Source: a virus (taxonomy: Duplodnaviria > Caudoviricetes). Taken from it: a stretch of DNA of 40,059 nucleotides. Below the pieces are notes generated by a model. That model saw only the letters and a list, made by a program, of their open reading frames with translations. It was not told where the DNA came from and did not search any database. Position numbers and translations under genes: made by a program. Position 1 is the first letter of the stretch. Every line of letters begins with the position of its first letter. Shown one piece after another: positions 23,938 through 35,300 of this stretch. The stretch spans positions 1 through 40,059 of the IMG/VR virus record IMGVR_UViG_3300030330_002704. One strand, written 5' to 3'.

Positions 23938-26686
23938 CATCTTCAATCAGGTTGAACTTCTTAAGTCTGGCGACTCAACAGAAGTTCAGGATCTTGTACG
24001 TGGCGAGTGGCTTCAGAACCTTTGGGTTACAAGCGACTCTGTTCGTGTGCGTCCTGGTTGGGGTGTTGTAGCCGAACTAGATACAACGTTAGGTCTTAAT
24101 CTTTCTACAGCGGCATTTGGTTATGAGAAACATCTTGGCAGCTTTCCAATCCTTACAACATTCGGGCACCGTCAAGTGGTGTCTATTTTTACCGGTAAAA
24201 CTTCTCCCTCATCGATGGGAGGAGAAGAAACCCAAGCCAAGTGGGCCCAGTTAACTTTTGTTCGTATCTATGACCTAGAAACAGATAAGCATTACGAAGA
24301 AGTTCTTTACAGTCAAACATCGGACAATATTGGCAGCAGTTCCTTAGAGATGTCTGAATGGTATGGTCACTATGAAACCAACAAGACCTACAATAACTCT
24401 AGCTTTATTTCTTCTACTGACGACCCTTTCTTCTTTGAGTACTTTGATGGTTATCTTTACTTTGGCAGCAAAGCTGTTGGCGTCTATGTCTACCGCCCCG
24501 CTGATTTTAGGAGCCTTCGTCGTCAGCAACTAGAAGATGCAGACACAGCAGAATACTTTTCGGGCTACGCAGAAAGCAGTCTTATTTGCAGTATGTCATT
24601 AGTTGATGGCCAGTTTGCAGATAACTTTCGTTATCTCCGCAACTCAGAGATTGGCTCTATTGTTGACATTACTCAGATTGCTGGTCGTTTAGTTTATGTA
24701 ACAGAGAAGAATATTTATTTCTCTGATCCCTATAGGCCCAATGCGATTATCGCTCTAAACAATGTGACGATCCCTACTGGATCGTCGCTTACAACTTGCG
24801 TTGCTCTTCGTGAGAACATTGTAATTTACAGTGACTCCGAGATGTTTCTGTTTACACCTAGTGTCGGCAGCCTCCCATCCAAAGGCCGTCTTATTCAGGT
24901 GTCTGAGCATGTTGGCTGCCTTGGGACTAGTTCAATTACAAAGGCCGAAAACACACTGTTCTGGGTTTCTAAAACAGGCATCTACACAACTCAGGATGGT
25001 ATCGCTTCCCGTGAGTTAAGCTCTGATATTCGGAACTTTTTTACTGGTCTTGACGATGTAACGAATCCTCTTACCTCTTACTTCGAGACGCTTCAGACTG
25101 CTGGCTCTGAGGGGTTTGCATCGCTTTCTACTGACCACCCAAGGACTCTTATTAAGTTTGATTCTAAAGACGTTTCTATTGCTTATTCGGTAGAAGAAAA
25201 GACGCTGCTTGTTTGTTTTGGTTCTATTAATCATATCTGGTGCTTTAAGCGGGGCTGGTCTCTCTGGCCTTTAGAGTCAATGGTGTCTGTAACTGGTGGC
25301 AATGTTCCGCAGGTAGGATCCGTTAAGAACCTTACAAACGCATTTGTTACTGAGTGCCTTGGTGATTTTTATCTAACAACTGGCCTCGACAGCATTGAAA
25401 TTACTGATTCTGGAACAACTCAGTTTGAGAAGCAAGGCGCTACTGGTGTTGCAGTTAATCCAACAACTCGTTCGTATACGTTAAGCAAGCTAGGCCGTGG
25501 TGGTGCATTAGATCGTTCCTCTAAGCATGAAGACTACCGAAACCTTGCTCAGAAATACGTAGGGACTTTGCTTGGCGGAACTGATCCTTCTGGTGATGCT
25601 CGCATGGACGAAGGGATTCTTTATATCCGTCCAGCTCGCAAGGTGGTCTTTGCTAGTGGGATAGAAGGTTTCTATATCCCTGTTGAGTTTGTGCCCCGTG
25701 CCGTTGCTACAGGTCCTTCGTATAATGCTTATGATATTATTCTTAAGTATGACCGGACAAACTTTATTTCTTCAGTCAACCCGTTAAACCCAGCAGCTAC
25801 TGTTAGCTCTACACTGTTTCCCCCTGAGCGCCGAGATACTGCTCCCAGGGTAACTGTTACTAATACAAACGCTGCTGGTGTAGCTGATCCCTCAGGTGAG
25901 TATTTAAGATTCCAATTTGCTATTGGTGCCGGTGGAGCCCTTAAACTAAACTACAAGCAATCTAATCCTCTCTTTGAATTTTTACTTCTTAGGAACAGTG
26001 CTAACAGCACAAGTAGCTTTGGTATTCAGACAGCAACTGCGTTGCCATCATTTACAGACACTGGTGCTACATCCAGAAGCGTTCAGAACATCTTTACCTT
26101 TGCTCCTGTTACAGCCGATGACTCTGTTCGGATGATTAACAACGCAAAAGCTCAGCCTGTTGACTGGGCTTTTAAGTCAAAGAAAGTAGATGCCCCCGGA
26201 ATGCTTGTGCGCGCACGAGGGCTTTTTGCTCGTCTTAGCTCTCAGGGAGCAACGGCTAGTACTGACGGACAGCTTAGTTCTGGTTGGTTATGGGGTGTAT
26301 ACAACATTCTGTTGGGATCAGATCGTAAGGGATACACTACCCAGATTATTGATACCAACCAGAACCAGGAAGTGCCTAACATTACGTTTGTATCAAACAA
26401 GCAAACTGTTAGGTCTAGATTTCAAAACTCTGCAAGCAATCTTGTTGCTCGTATTTTTGCAAGTGCTAATGGTCCCAAGTATGGATTGCAGGCTAACCCC
26501 GCTGCTGGTGATTACCTTATAGATGATAAAGAGTTTGACGAGATTGCCACTAGTGACTCTGTAAAAGGAGAAGAGCTAGCATATATGATCTTTGGGTTTA
26601 TGCGTGGCCGTGCTGATTCTTTGATCTTTGATACACTCAAAGCAAATGTACAACAGCTAGGAAAACGTCGGAGGACTGGTCGATGA
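23930..26686 (+). CDS. Tail nozzle (tubular B / P22 gp10-like beta-propeller)
   Basis: 918 aa; NLWV...VRVRPGW start; GRLVYV, IYFSD, VGCLGTSSI, LFWVSKTGIY repeats. Confidence 0.7.
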   Translation: MANIFNQVELLKSGDSTEVQDLVRGEWLQNLWVTSDSVRVRPGWGVVAELDTTLGLNLSTAAFGYEKHLGSFPILTTFGHRQVVSIFTGKTSPSSMGGEETQAKWAQLTFVRIYDLETDKHYEEVLYSQTSDNIGSSSLEMSEWYGHYETNKTYNNSSFISSTDDPFFFEYFDGYLYFGSKAVGVYVYRPADFRSLRRQQLEDADTAEYFSGYAESSLICSMSLVDGQFADNFRYLRNSEIGSIVDITQIAGRLVYVTEKNIYFSDPYRPNAIIALNNVTIPTGSSLTTCVALRENIVIYSDSEMFLFTPSVGSLPSKGRLIQVSEHVGCLGTSSITKAENTLFWVSKTGIYTTQDGIASRELSSDIRNFFTGLDDVTNPLTSYFETLQTAGSEGFASLSTDHPRTLIKFDSKDVSIAYSVEEKTLLVCFGSINHIWCFKRGWSLWPLESMVSVTGGNVPQVGSVKNLTNAFVTECLGDFYLTTGLDSIEITDSGTTQFEKQGATGVAVNPTTRSYTLSKLGRGGALDRSSKHEDYRNLAQKYVGTLLGGTDPSGDARMDEGILYIRPARKVVFASGIEGFYIPVEFVPRAVATGPSYNAYDIILKYDRTNFISSVNPLNPAATVSSTLFPPERRDTAPRVTVTNTNAAGVADPSGEYLRFQFAIGAGGALKLNYKQSNPLFEFLLLRNSANSTSSFGIQTATALPSFTDTGATSRSVQNIFTFAPVTADDSVRMINNAKAQPVDWAFKSKKVDAPGMLVRARGLFARLSSQGATASTDGQLSSGWLWGVYNILLGSDRKGYTTQIIDTNQNQEVPNITFVSNKQTVRSRFQNSASNLVARIFASANGPKYGLQANPAAGDYLIDDKEFDEIATSDSVKGEELAYMIFGFMRGRADSLIFDTLKANVQQLGKRRRTGR

Positions 26687-27309
26687 CGTTAAATATTCCT
26701 GAGTCTACATCAGAAAGAAAAGAGTTAGATCAAAGCAAGCGAGACGAAAATACTCGTAGCTCTGCTGGGAGAGGGCAACAGCTAGTTTCCGCCGGCTCCC
26801 CAATAGAGGAGCCACAGGAGTCACAGAATGGCATTCTTCTTCTTTCGGGCAACCATGGCGGGTTCCGGCTTAAAAAGCCGGGGACCCGCCTTACAGGCGT
26901 ACCAGGAGCGCTGGTAACAAACGTTGGGATTATTGAGTCAAATTGCATCTTAGATGGTTTGCATTTTGGGAGAAAGCCAGAGTCGGACAATGACAAGTTT
27001 CTTCTTCGCATTGCTTCTAGCGCAAAGGTTTTAATTAAGAACTGTACGTTTGAGCGCCTCTCAAGTGACGCTTCGTCTACAGGAGCAACAAATGAAGAAA
27101 GCTTTATCCTTGTCGAGTCAGGCGCTAAAGCCATTATCTTGCAGAATACATTTCGATCCAGCGCTAAGTCCGGTGCAATGGATACTGCATCTGGTCATGT
27201 CGTTAAGCATATTGGTGGTGCTGCTGCTAACGTTTGGGTTGGCCTCGGGTTTAACCTAACAGGTCAAACGCATTCTAATGTAACTCCTATTGCGCCGGAG
27301 TTAACATGA
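26683..27309 (+). CDS. Short right-handed beta-helix-like tail protein
   Basis: CILDGLHF, VLIKNCTF, AIILQNTF periodicity. Confidence 0.55.
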   Translation: MTLNIPESTSERKELDQSKRDENTRSSAGRGQQLVSAGSPIEEPQESQNGILLLSGNHGGFRLKKPGTRLTGVPGALVTNVGIIESNCILDGLHFGRKPESDNDKFLLRIASSAKVLIKNCTFERLSSDASSTGATNEESFILVESGAKAIILQNTFRSSAKSGAMDTASGHVVKHIGGAAANVWVGLGFNLTGQTHSNVTPIAPELT

Positions 27310-28250
27310 GTATTCGCAGGATTAGTAAAGAGCAGTTTGCTACTGGAACTACTATTGATGGGGATCGCATTGAAAGCGTTCTCCAAGATATTGAAAAGCT
27401 AATCAACGACATTCCTTCAGGGGATCTTCTTAATCGCTGGGTACCTCAACACTTTCATGTTGGATACCTACCCCTGACTGCTGGAGCTGATGCAAACATA
27501 CAGACTCAACTAACAGCAATTGCAGCTCCAAAGGGCCCCTGGCTGCCAGTCTCAAATAAGGTTGTTACCCCTGGAGTTTCTCCAACTCCCGTTGGAGCAG
27601 AGCCAACAAACGACTTTAGAGTTAAAGGCAACAGGCTTCCTTATTATCCTCCAGCATCTCAAAACCCTACGTTTAAAAGCACTGTTAGTTCAGGGCTGGG
27701 TGCCGAACAAATTGCCTGGGAAATTAGCTTTGCGTTATCCTCTCCGTCTGTTTTGCACTCAGTAAACGCATACTTTCTTACTGATGACGATGAGTACACC
27801 AACACGTTTAAGTATACAGGAATTGCTCCAACAGGAAGAACTGCAAGCACCTTCGTTAAAGATGTGCAGTTTCACATTTCAATAGATAATCCGTTTACCC
27901 CTGAAGACCGTAGAACTTTAAACAAGGTGTTTCATGTTAGAGAGTTTGATGTCAGCGGGAGCATGATGTCTAATGCCGCTGCTGTTCCAACAAACGACAT
28001 GCTTCCTGCTTTAAGCAGTATTACCAATCATACTACTTCTGGCCCTGTTAGTTTTGCTCCTGATCAGAGCCTTGCATTTGAATCTTCTGACTTAAAGATT
28101 CCGCTGCCTATTGATACACGCATTAGGATTACCTGCATTCTTCCTATTAGAACTACATCTACCGGAGCTGTAGATGGTCCTTGGTATCAACGGCCATTTA
28201 GCTTCGTGCCTTCGTTTTCGATAACTCTACTGGAGCCACTCCTTGATTAG
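27306..28250 (+). CDS. Tail fibre/collar-like structural protein
   Basis: N-terminal FATGTTIDGDRIESVLQDIEKLIN attachment-like motif; T/S/P-rich beta sequence. Confidence 0.55.
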   Translation: MSIRRISKEQFATGTTIDGDRIESVLQDIEKLINDIPSGDLLNRWVPQHFHVGYLPLTAGADANIQTQLTAIAAPKGPWLPVSNKVVTPGVSPTPVGAEPTNDFRVKGNRLPYYPPASQNPTFKSTVSSGLGAEQIAWEISFALSSPSVLHSVNAYFLTDDDEYTNTFKYTGIAPTGRTASTFVKDVQFHISIDNPFTPEDRRTLNKVFHVREFDVSGSMMSNAAAVPTNDMLPALSSITNHTTSGPVSFAPDQSLAFESSDLKIPLPIDTRIRITCILPIRTTSTGAVDGPWYQRPFSFVPSFSITLLEPLLD

Positions 28251-29949
28251 CTTCAAAAGATTAAGACGGGGCGTCAAGCTGCTTGCTGAGCATATTTACG
28301 ATCCTATTCATGCAACGCTGCAACTCCTAACAGCATCTGGAGTTACTCATGACCATTTGGATACTCCAAGCGGTAGCTTCCGTGTTAATCTTTACATTCC
28401 AGTTTATACCACGATGTCTGGCGGAACTGCTGCGGTTCTTGGCGGATTTGGTGATACAAACCCCCAGTCTATCCCGTTCTTTATACCGCCGCTTCAAGAG
28501 TACACCCGTGATGCTTTAGGGTTTAATACAAGCGGAAGGCCCGATGTCTTTTTGCGTGAGGTATCTCTAAGTACTGATACTCGTGCTGAGCCTATTGCTT
28601 TGCAGGATTACTGGACAGATGTTGATACAGGTGCTGCAAATCATCAGTCCGCAGAGGGCGACATGCGAAGCAATGCCGCTGAGGATATGGGTTACGAACT
28701 GATTATCTACTCAAAGGATATTAGTTCCTCAAGGCCAACTCGATTTGAGAATGTTATCTACAGGATGGAAGTTCCGGCGGCTGCGCTTAACCAGTCAGTA
28801 TTAAGACTTAACCCTTATGTTCAATCAGGGCTTAAGGTTGAGATTGACCCAGAAAAAGCATACCTTGCTCAGTTTACAGCCAAGAAGGAGGCAGTTCCTA
28901 AGCCACAGTTTTCTGTAGCTATCTCAATGAAGTTTTCTCATCGCTTAGTCGGAAGAGATACATCGGCCAACATCCAGAATATCCCCTCTCACAACGGAGC
29001 ATTTGCACCTGTTACAGAGTCTTTTGTTAAGTCTGTTGCTGATGATCCTATTGTAGCAACTGGTGCTAAAGGGATTAACACTGGCTTTGAAAAGATTGAT
29101 GATCTGTTCACCGGAAAACTGCGTGGCGGGTATAACAAGTTTTCCCAGCGGCATGAGCCAGGTACAGACTTAAAAGCGGAAAACGTTCTTGAGTGTGCTG
29201 GCTATGATGTCCTTGCTGTAAACTTATTTAGTGGTTTCTGGGCTGTTAAGGGCGGAACAGGCGGGACCGTAGCTGACGGTTATATGAGAGCCCAGGACCT
29301 TCCTTATCTTAACGCATCTGCTAACACGTTTACTCTTGATCGCCGCATTATTCCTTTGCCGTTTCCAATGACGATTCACCACGTCTTTGCAGCTATTAAC
29401 TTTTCTGGAACCAAAGGTGCGAGCAGTCGCTTGCCTTCAACAAACAATCTTAAACATAGGATCGGTGTCGGCCTTATGACCGGCATCCGAGCCGATAAGT
29501 ACACCTATGACCAGGTTGCCTACCTTGAGTGGGACAATACTTTTGCAGCTACTATTGACCGTGCTGCTGAGTGGCTAGATGAAACTGTTGTTGCCCCTGC
29601 TGAAAAGTCTCAGGGGTATTTCTTTCACACTGTTCCTGTACCTTTGGTTGGTAGTGGTGGTAATACGTTTGATCCGATTGGTGGCATTTCCTATACTCAA
29701 GGCCGACCGGTATTTGCGGGCCAAGGGGTATACTCCGCTTCGGCTTCTTTTTCTCCTACTCATACCAGGAGCAATATTAATACCGGTGCTCCAAACTGTC
29801 AGGGCGCTGAACAAGCGTTAGAAATAAGATGGTCATTTGGAGACACAACAAACGGAGTAGTTCACACTGGTACGTATCCAAATCAAGAAATGGTTTCTGG
29901 TTTAGGTGGTCATTGGGTCTTTATTTACGGTAAGAAACACTTAGTCTGA
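28243..29949 (+). CDS. Tail fibre/collar-like structural protein
   Basis: TTG start with RBS GGAG; 568 aa, beta-rich. Confidence 0.55.
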   Translation: MISFKRLRRGVKLLAEHIYDPIHATLQLLTASGVTHDHLDTPSGSFRVNLYIPVYTTMSGGTAAVLGGFGDTNPQSIPFFIPPLQEYTRDALGFNTSGRPDVFLREVSLSTDTRAEPIALQDYWTDVDTGAANHQSAEGDMRSNAAEDMGYELIIYSKDISSSRPTRFENVIYRMEVPAAALNQSVLRLNPYVQSGLKVEIDPEKAYLAQFTAKKEAVPKPQFSVAISMKFSHRLVGRDTSANIQNIPSHNGAFAPVTESFVKSVADDPIVATGAKGINTGFEKIDDLFTGKLRGGYNKFSQRHEPGTDLKAENVLECAGYDVLAVNLFSGFWAVKGGTGGTVADGYMRAQDLPYLNASANTFTLDRRIIPLPFPMTIHHVFAAINFSGTKGASSRLPSTNNLKHRIGVGLMTGIRADKYTYDQVAYLEWDNTFAATIDRAAEWLDETVVAPAEKSQGYFFHTVPVPLVGSGGNTFDPIGGISYTQGRPVFAGQGVYSASASFSPTHTRSNINTGAPNCQGAEQALEIRWSFGDTTNGVVHTGTYPNQEMVSGLGGHWVFIYGKKHLV

Positions 29950-29956
29950 GGTAGTT

Positions 29957-30760
29957 ATGGCAAATCCTAGAAATTTAATGGGCAGCATTGGAAGAGGGGT
30001 TGGTGCTGTTAATAGAGCATCTGCAAGAGTAGCTCCATCTGTGGCTGGACTTATTCTTGGTGGCCCTATGGGGTTTGCGGCTGCTGAGGGCACCCGTGCT
30101 ATTTTGGATCAAGGGGCCCCTGGCGACTTTAGTGCACGGGGAAGTGCTCGGCAGAGAGCGGCGGCTTCTGTTGCTCAGCGACAGCGTGACGAACTAAGGC
30201 AACGTGGCATTAGTGAGTACGGAGATCTTGTAGGTGCATACGAGGGCGCAGAGCAGCGTGCCCAGGAAATGCTTGGTGAGCGACAACGTTTAGCCGAATC
30301 AACAATAGCAGGTATGGGAGCCCAAGCCTTGGGGGGCTTGGGCGGTATGCGTGGCGGTGGTGGCGCTGCAACAATGGCCGGTGTTGGTGAGCAAGCAACA
30401 CGAGAAGCCATGCGGCAAAAGCTTGCTGGGGAACAGCTTCTTACTGATCGTCAGATTGGTGCTCGTGAGGCAGCGGTTCAGAGGACTGCATTTGAGCAAG
30501 AGGCTGGTAGTATTGAGCGTGAATACAGCCAAGCTCTTAACGAAGGCGATGCAGATATTCAGCAGGCTATTGATGATTCTCAAGGCGAGTTCTGGGATGA
30601 CACAGATGGCATGACTCGCAAGATTCGTTCGGTCATTAGTCGTGTGCGTCAGACCAATCCGCAGGCTGCTGCTGAACTTGAGCGCCAATACCTTACGACT
30701 GATGGCAAGCTAAACAAGAGGGGTGTTGGCAGCACTCGGGGGAGTTGGTTCGGTGGCTAG
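29957..30760 (+). CDS. Ejection/pilot-type internal virion protein
   Basis: G/A/Q/R-rich; N-terminal VAGLILGGPMGFAAA hydrophobic segment; RBS GAGGT. Confidence 0.6.
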   Translation: MANPRNLMGSIGRGVGAVNRASARVAPSVAGLILGGPMGFAAAEGTRAILDQGAPGDFSARGSARQRAAASVAQRQRDELRQRGISEYGDLVGAYEGAEQRAQEMLGERQRLAESTIAGMGAQALGGLGGMRGGGGAATMAGVGEQATREAMRQKLAGEQLLTDRQIGAREAAVQRTAFEQEAGSIEREYSQALNEGDADIQQAIDDSQGEFWDDTDGMTRKIRSVISRVRQTNPQAAAELERQYLTTDGKLNKRGVGSTRGSWFGG

Positions 30761-32309
30761 AATCTTACCCTCATTAGGCCGAGTCTTTGCGGCAACTTAC
30801 AAAGGCCCGGATCATCTGGGTAAGCCGACTCGTTCATCTAAAATTATTAGCGATGCTTCTCCTCAATACAAGCTAGCACTAGCTGGATTAGCTGCTTCTG
30901 GGACAACCAATCTAATGAAGAAGATTGGTGCGGAGGTTGCTGTTCGTGCTTTGCAGAACACAAAGGACAGCCAGATTCCTAACTTTGGCCAGCTTGCTGC
31001 TGGCTCTAAAGAGCATGAAGTTTCTGCTGGTGATACGCTAGGCAAGATTGCTGCACGTAACAAAACAAGTGTGTCGGAACTTGCTAAGCTAAACAATATT
31101 TCTGATCCTAACATGATCAAGGTTGGTCAAAGGATTCGTCTTCCTGGTAATGAGGCATTAACCCCTGAGTATGTTCGTGCTGCTAAAGAACTGAATAGTT
31201 CTCAGTACGGCGGCCGCCCCCCAAGGGCGGCACGCGCTGCGTTCTTAGAAGAAGCTGCACGGGTTCTTAATAATCCAAACATCGACGAAGAAACCCGACA
31301 GCAAGTTACTGCGGCAGCAAATCAAGTCCGCACCGGTCGTCCTGGTGGCTATCTCGAACTAGCCAAGGACATGATTATGGGGCCGTCTGCGGCTGAGCGA
31401 AGAGACCTTGGGGCTTTGAGTCGTGAGGAAGTTGCAAGCCAGTTCTCTTCTGCTGACAGTATGGCCAAGCGTGCTGCTGCGTTCAGAGCATTGCAGCTTG
31501 CTCGTGACCTTAACCCAAGCGACTTTGCACAAGAAACATCATTGCCTGGTCTGCTTTCAGGAGAGCAGTCACGAGCTGAAAGTAAGCACTTTGAGGATAT
31601 GTTCCCGCCGATACCCAAGCCACCACGCCGCTTAGGAGGAGGGCAGCCTCAGAAGTTTACGGTTAAAGAGCCCAAAGAGTTAACAAGGAGGCTTAGAGCC
31701 CTTCGTAGAAATACTCAGCATTTACACGGCATAGCTCTTGGTAAACCAGCCGCTATAATTAAAATACCTGAAAGCGTTTTTAACCTTACAAAAATATCAG
31801 ACTATACTGCCGAAGACGGCATGGTAGAAATTGGCATTCCTTTTGAACTTCTTAACGGCCAGATAAAAGACGGCGATCAGGTGCTAAGTGCTAAGATGTT
31901 TGAGAGTATGGCCTCCAGTGATCAAAGTGGCATGAACAAGCCTTCTTATATTGCTCTTATAAGAAGGGGTCATGAGCTTAAGAAGGAAGCTCAAAAGAAC
32001 AAGGCAATTCTTGGCGAGCGTGTTCAGGCTATTAGAGATATGGGTATGATTGATATTTCTGAACCATTTGGCGCAGCTACTGACCAAAAGATTCGGGAGA
32101 TCAACGAGCAGCGCAGACTGTTAAGCGGATTACTCGATCAGTATTCTGGAAACAGATACGGATATTATGACCGAAAAAAGAACACGTTTGTTACACCAGG
32201 GACGTTTGGTGTTCCCGATAGGAAGCCTAGTAGTAAGGGTAAGAATAAAGGTAAGGGTAAAGGCGGGCCCGAAAGCAAGGGCGAAAATGTAGGACCAGGG
32301 GCATGGTAA
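30753..32309 (+). CDS. LysM-domain internal virion protein
   Basis: HEVSAGDTLGKIAARNKTSVSELAKLNNISDPNMIKVGQRIRLP is a canonical LysM; GTG 30753 with RBS GGGGAG. Confidence 0.8.
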   Translation: MARILPSLGRVFAATYKGPDHLGKPTRSSKIISDASPQYKLALAGLAASGTTNLMKKIGAEVAVRALQNTKDSQIPNFGQLAAGSKEHEVSAGDTLGKIAARNKTSVSELAKLNNISDPNMIKVGQRIRLPGNEALTPEYVRAAKELNSSQYGGRPPRAARAAFLEEAARVLNNPNIDEETRQQVTAAANQVRTGRPGGYLELAKDMIMGPSAAERRDLGALSREEVASQFSSADSMAKRAAAFRALQLARDLNPSDFAQETSLPGLLSGEQSRAESKHFEDMFPPIPKPPRRLGGGQPQKFTVKEPKELTRRLRALRRNTQHLHGIALGKPAAIIKIPESVFNLTKISDYTAEDGMVEIGIPFELLNGQIKDGDQVLSAKMFESMASSDQSGMNKPSYIALIRRGHELKKEAQKNKAILGERVQAIRDMGMIDISEPFGAATDQKIREINEQRRLLSGLLDQYSGNRYGYYDRKKNTFVTPGTFGVPDRKPSSKGKNKGKGKGGPESKGENVGPGAW

Positions 32310-35300
32310 CCGAGCCATTTGCTGATACATCTCAATCTATTCGTGGCTTTTATGAAGCTCAGCGCAGAATGGGGCAAGATCCTTCAACTATTGATGCTCT
32401 TGCAGAAGAACGTTTTGGCGCAACATTAAGGGGCGCTTACGAGCGTGGTATTGATATTGATCAGCCGATGCCATCTCAGTTTGCTCAGACTGGGATGGAT
32501 GTAGCGTCGCAGCTTCCACCAGAACAACCTGCACAATCAGTTCAACCCGGCGCAATGGGTCGTCCTGACGAGGGCATTGAGCTTGCTGATATTACCGATG
32601 TTCCCGCAAGTGTTGGTGGTGGCTTAGCAGGGTTTGCTTACGGTCTTGGTGTTGATGTTCCGAAGGCTCTGGCCCGTGGCATGGGCATTAACTTGTTTAA
32701 CCAGGCTGATGCCCGTGTTGTATCTGCTGCTCAGGACGAATGGGATACCAATGTTCGGATGCCATTAGTAAGGCTTGCTATTGAAGCAGGTCAATCTCCA
32801 GAGCTTGTTCACAAGTTAGCCCAGAACGATGCTAACTGGTGGGATGGTAGCCGTGGTTCTGTAAACAGGAAGTTTGTTAACTTTGGCTTGCTGTCTCCCG
32901 AAGACCAGCAAGGAGACTTTCAACTTAGAAAGTCTCCTATTCTGGTTGGTATTAGAAACATAATGAATGCTTCAGGGCAGGAAGGGTTTAACGCGTTAGA
33001 CCTTCTTACTCCTGACCAGCAGGTTGCAGCAATCCGGTCCTTTGAGGAAGCAGCTAGAGCTAAGGGCCGTATTATTGATGAGCGGCTTGAGAACGACCCT
33101 GTTACTCAACAGATTTACGATTTAGAGTCTATGGTTCATCAGCTAGACCAAGAAGATAAAACGTTTCTTCAAGATGCTGAGACTGATTTCAAACAACTTC
33201 GTGATGACACTTTTTATCTTATTGCTGAGGCTCTTGGTGCCACTGAAATACAGGCTGATTACCAACAACTAGCCAGCCAAGGGTACTTTGGTCGTACTGC
33301 TGCTCGTGCTAGCCAAGCGTTCCAGACAGGCCGTGGAATGTCTGCCGGCATGGTTAGCCTTCCGGTTGTTGCTTGGAATAACCCTAGCCTTGTAAGGCGC
33401 AAGCCTGTGCTTTCGGGAATGATGATTCTGCCGTTCCTCAAACGTGGCAAGGGGTTAACAAATAAGGTCAAAGAAGTTCTTCAGCGCCAAGCTGCTGCTG
33501 GGGATACCGCTGCTGCTGCTATTCTTGCTAAGGCTGAGGCTATTGGCGGGACACAGATTCCTGGCTTGCGTGTTCGAGACACAGAGGTTGCTGGATCTCC
33601 CGGTGTTCGTCCGACACCTGCTGTTCGTCCCATGCAAGTTAGTGATCTAGGCGCAATACCCACAGGCGCTATGGCTACACTTCCCTTTGGGGTGCCTGAG
33701 ATTGGTGCTGCTTATGGTGCCACTGGTGCTTTAGCCCGTGGTGCTATGGGTCGATTTGCTCCTCGGTTTGGTCAGGATGCAGCTAGGGAATCCGCTAGAG
33801 GCATGGCCGGAGAAGTTTCTAGCGTCTTTGATAAGTTGCAAGAAGCCATTGTCCGGCAAGAGGAAATGGACCAAGCAGGCGTCCGTGAGCAGCGTGTAAC
33901 GCTTGATGAGCCTGGCTATCCTGTTCAGGTGGGCGAGGCCCCCATTGAGGGGGCCCTCGGCCAGACCCAAGCTGCGATTGGCCAGCCACGTATTAGGCAG
34001 GCTCCTGCAAGGATGGACTTCCAGTCAAGTAGCCCGTTTGACAATGCCTCTCAGAACCTTCGCATGAACAACATTGCGAATATGGTTACGTCTTTGCGGG
34101 AACGTTTAAACCTTGATCCTAATGAGTTTATTGGCAGCGGTATTTACCGTGACGGTAAGTATGTAGAGTACTTTCCATTTAAGGACTTTAAGCCTCTTAA
34201 GGTACTTGCTGATGATTCTCCTGAACTTAATGCGCGTCAGGTTAGGTTTGTTAAGCGGCAACGAGACATTGTTGCGGCTATGATCGCAGAGCGCTTAGAA
34301 AATGATTACAGGTATTTTAGGGAAACCAACCCAAGTATTAATCGTGAAACTATTCTTCTGGATTATGCGTCGCAGTTAGGACTCCTGGACACTGAGCGAC
34401 CAGTAAGTACTTATAAAACAACATTTAATGTTGAGGGCGACTTAAAATCTTTTACTCCTAAAGATTTAGATCCTGGTACTTTTAGAGAGCTGGGTTTCCT
34501 ACCTGAAACTATTAATGAGTTCTTTGAGAACCTTGGTAACGAAAGAGTTCTAGGCGAGACTGGATTTAGAAACTCTATTGATCTGTTTGACAACGTTGTC
34601 GATGGATACATGGCAACTCTTGAAGCAGATGGTCTTGCTAACGGTGACTTTGTATTTATCCCGGACAAAGCAAAGACTGGGATTATGTTTCATGATTCTG
34701 CCCGTGGACCTAAGTATCAAACTGCTCAGTGGGTAGAACAATCAGTTAGTCCCGAGGTTCTTCGTCAGTTTGGCCTTACTGATACTGGCATTAAAGAAAG
34801 CATTCGTTTCGACGGTTCTATTAGAGCTAACACACCTCTTGCTAGAGCAGTTGAAGCAAGCGGAAATCCAAAGCCAAGATTCTACGAAATGCCCTACAAG
34901 GATGGGGCAAAGTACGTTCCAGATACTAAGGATCTTGGCTACGAAAGAAGCGTTGATCCTTTCCGTGTAACAGAAGAGATGGCTCAGAACCCAGAGCGCT
35001 ATGGTGCTGTTGGGGCTAGTGTAGATAGCCAGGGAAGACCAACTCTTCTTTACCCACAGGAGGTTGTGCCAGAAGGCAAGACGCAAGCTGTTCCCAGGAT
35101 GAGAGAGGACAGGCGTGTCATAGATCCTGAAACAGGCGAGCCAGCACTAAGGCAGACAACCTTTGCATCACGCACTGTTCGTGGGACAACAAGGCCAGAC
35201 TCAGAAGCCTTAATGGTAGAGGTTGGAGAAACAAGGCCAAGTACTGGATATGCTCTTGCTGAGTCAGGTAGGGGCAAGGTCCGTAGGGAAACAACTCTTC

